A stretch of DNA of 25,155 nucleotides from a virus (lineage: Duplodnaviria; Caudoviricetes). The position numbers were made by a program, and so were the translations under genes. Below the pieces are notes generated by a model. The model was given only the letters and a program-made list of their open reading frames with translations. It had not been told where the DNA came from and made no database searches. Below are positions 25,155 through 25,155 of this stretch, one piece after another. The first letter of the stretch is position 1, and each line of letters begins with the position of its first letter. Location: positions 1 to 25,155 of IMG/VR virus record IMGVR_UViG_3300022844_000024. One strand, given 5' to 3'.

Positions 25155-25155
25155 G

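Overview
The window is a large part of a tailed dsDNA phage or prophage genome (siphovirus-like) with two convergent gene blocks. Bases 1-~800 are non-coding and hold three distinct repeat arrays (32-bp, ~24-bp G/C-rich, ~11-12-bp degenerate), several hairpins and a sigma70-like promoter. The + strand (813-12929) carries early and replication genes: small hypotheticals, a tandem triplet of mosaic paralogs, a Cas4-like DUF2800 nuclease, a DUF2815 ssDNA-binding protein, a family A DNA polymerase (Leu762 type, with a ~70-aa insertion), VRR-NUC, a GIY-YIG endonuclease fused to a DUF1599/Nmad1 domain, an SNF2 helicase, a Zn-finger/Toprim/AAA primase-helicase and a sigma factor. A bidirectional terminator (~12934-12972) separates this from the - strand virion block (13005-25155): lambda-family portal (5' truncated), head protease with nested scaffold, epsilon15/BPP-1-like major capsid, head-tail and neck proteins, tail tube, G/GT chaperones with a GGGAAAC -1 frameshift, tape measure, an unusual cysteine-rich tail-tip cluster and a holin-like gene. 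No integrase, repressor, terminase, endolysin, tRNA or CRISPR array is recognisable in the window. All family assignments come from motif recognition by eye, not from database searches.
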